From: Myxococcales bacterium
Lineage (GTDB): Bacteria; Myxococcota_A; Polyangia; Polyangiales; GCA-016699535
Direction of reading: 5' to 3'
Assembly: GCA_020633325.1 (NCBI GenBank)
Contig: JACKDX010000001.1
Location: 1,587,301-1,651,300 of the forward strand
DNA length: 64,000 bases
Part shown: positions 63,604 through 64,000 of the stretch, piece after piece
How the letters are laid out: each line of letters starts with the position of its first letter
Numbering within the stretch: the first letter of the stretch is position 1
Program-made: the position numbers and the translations under genes
Notes under the pieces: model-generated
Told to the model about the DNA's origin: nothing
Seen by the model: the letters and a program-made list of their open reading frames with translations, nothing else
Database searches by the model: none

Positions 63604-64000
63604 GCTTCTTTTGCTTGTTTCTTTGATGGGTGTAGTCCTGGCCGTCATGGTGCCGACATTTGTTCGGCATCTGCGCGTGAGCAAAATTTCCGAGGCGACG
63701 CAGATGCTGCGCACTCTGCATCAGAAAACCGCAAGCTATTTTGAGACCCCCCACGGTTCCCTAGGCGCCATGCATTGTCTTCCCGAATCGGCAGGCCCCG
63801 CGCCCAGTATGCCTTCGACCGAACTGAAGCACGTCGACTTTTATGACGCTGCGATGCCTGGCCAAGCGACCTGGAAGAGCCTGGGCTTTAGGCCGGCTCA
63901 TCCGATACGATATCGGTATACGCTTGAAACCATGCATGCGGGCTGTCATGTAAAAGGCCCCCCCATGAAACCGCTCGTCACCTTTAAAGCCGAAGGCGAC
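63509..64000 (+). CDS. type IV pilin/pseudopilin-like protein, 3' end cut by window edge
   Basis: Hand translation. GTG 63509 follows AAGGAG (63496-63501) with a 7-nt spacer. The leader MSGNETTPICRPRCSCWSAPRSRSTTG precedes LSLIELLLLVSLMGVVLAVMVPTF (Gly-1, Glu+5). The frame is open to the window end. It overlaps the preceding gene by 95 nt. It is missing from the ORF track because it has no stop. Confidence 0.6.
   Translation, partial: MSGNETTPICRPRCSCWSAPRSRSTTGLSLIELLLLVSLMGVVLAVMVPTFVRHLRVSKISEATQMLRTLHQKTASYFETPHGSLGAMHCLPESAGPAPSMPSTELKHVDFYDAAMPGQATWKSLGFRPAHPIRYRYTLETMHAGCHVKGPPMKPLVTFKAEGD

Noticed and set aside
1-64000. CRISPR arrays, tRNA/rRNA genes, transposases, integrases, prophage or toxin-antitoxin modules, and defence islands
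   Set aside because: No regularly spaced repeats, no tRNA-like T-loop context in intergenic regions, and no ORF with recombinase, transposase, reverse transcriptase or typical defence-protein motifs. Intergenic space is very limited. A tRNAscan or Infernal run would confirm this.

Overview
GC-rich chromosomal core region. Gene content and regulation look like Myxococcota or Bradymonadia (my inference; no rRNA or tRNA is present to confirm it). The window is densely packed with housekeeping operons, many joined by ATGA, GTGA or TAATG start/stop overlaps. They include gap-pgk-tpiA-secG, a group-3 sigma factor coupled to an ABC1 kinase, ribBX-ribH-nusB, ileS-lspA-folD, parAB, ddl-metH, nifS-mnmA, nrdR-ribD-ribE, lysC and yfgM-bamB. 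I found no rRNA, tRNA, CRISPR array, transposase, integrase or phage gene.

The most unusual locus is a nine-gene minus-strand operon at 28590-34860. It joins a CymR-like Rrf2 regulator, CysK and a mycobacterial-type CysO/CysM/JAMM (Mec) thiocarboxylate cysteine pathway to a dissimilatory-type AprA/AprB adenylylsulfate reductase pair, an ApaH-like metallophosphoesterase and a small Rieske protein. No Qmo or AprM partner, ATP sulfurylase or E1-like CysO activator lies in the window.

Three other loci deserve a second look:
- A type IV pilin cluster at 58.6-64 kb has a PilR-like sigma-54 activator, three pilin genes and an exact-spacing sigma-54 promoter in front of pilA.
- A strong sigma-54 promoter drives a 64-aa protein at about 4.2-4.4 kb.
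- A HARE-HTH protein carries an apparently degenerate Mrr-like domain, and an MshEN-like/GAF-like protein is translationally coupled to a split methylmalonyl-CoA mutase.

All functional calls rest on motifs I read in the supplied translations and on my own hand translation. No database search was possible.
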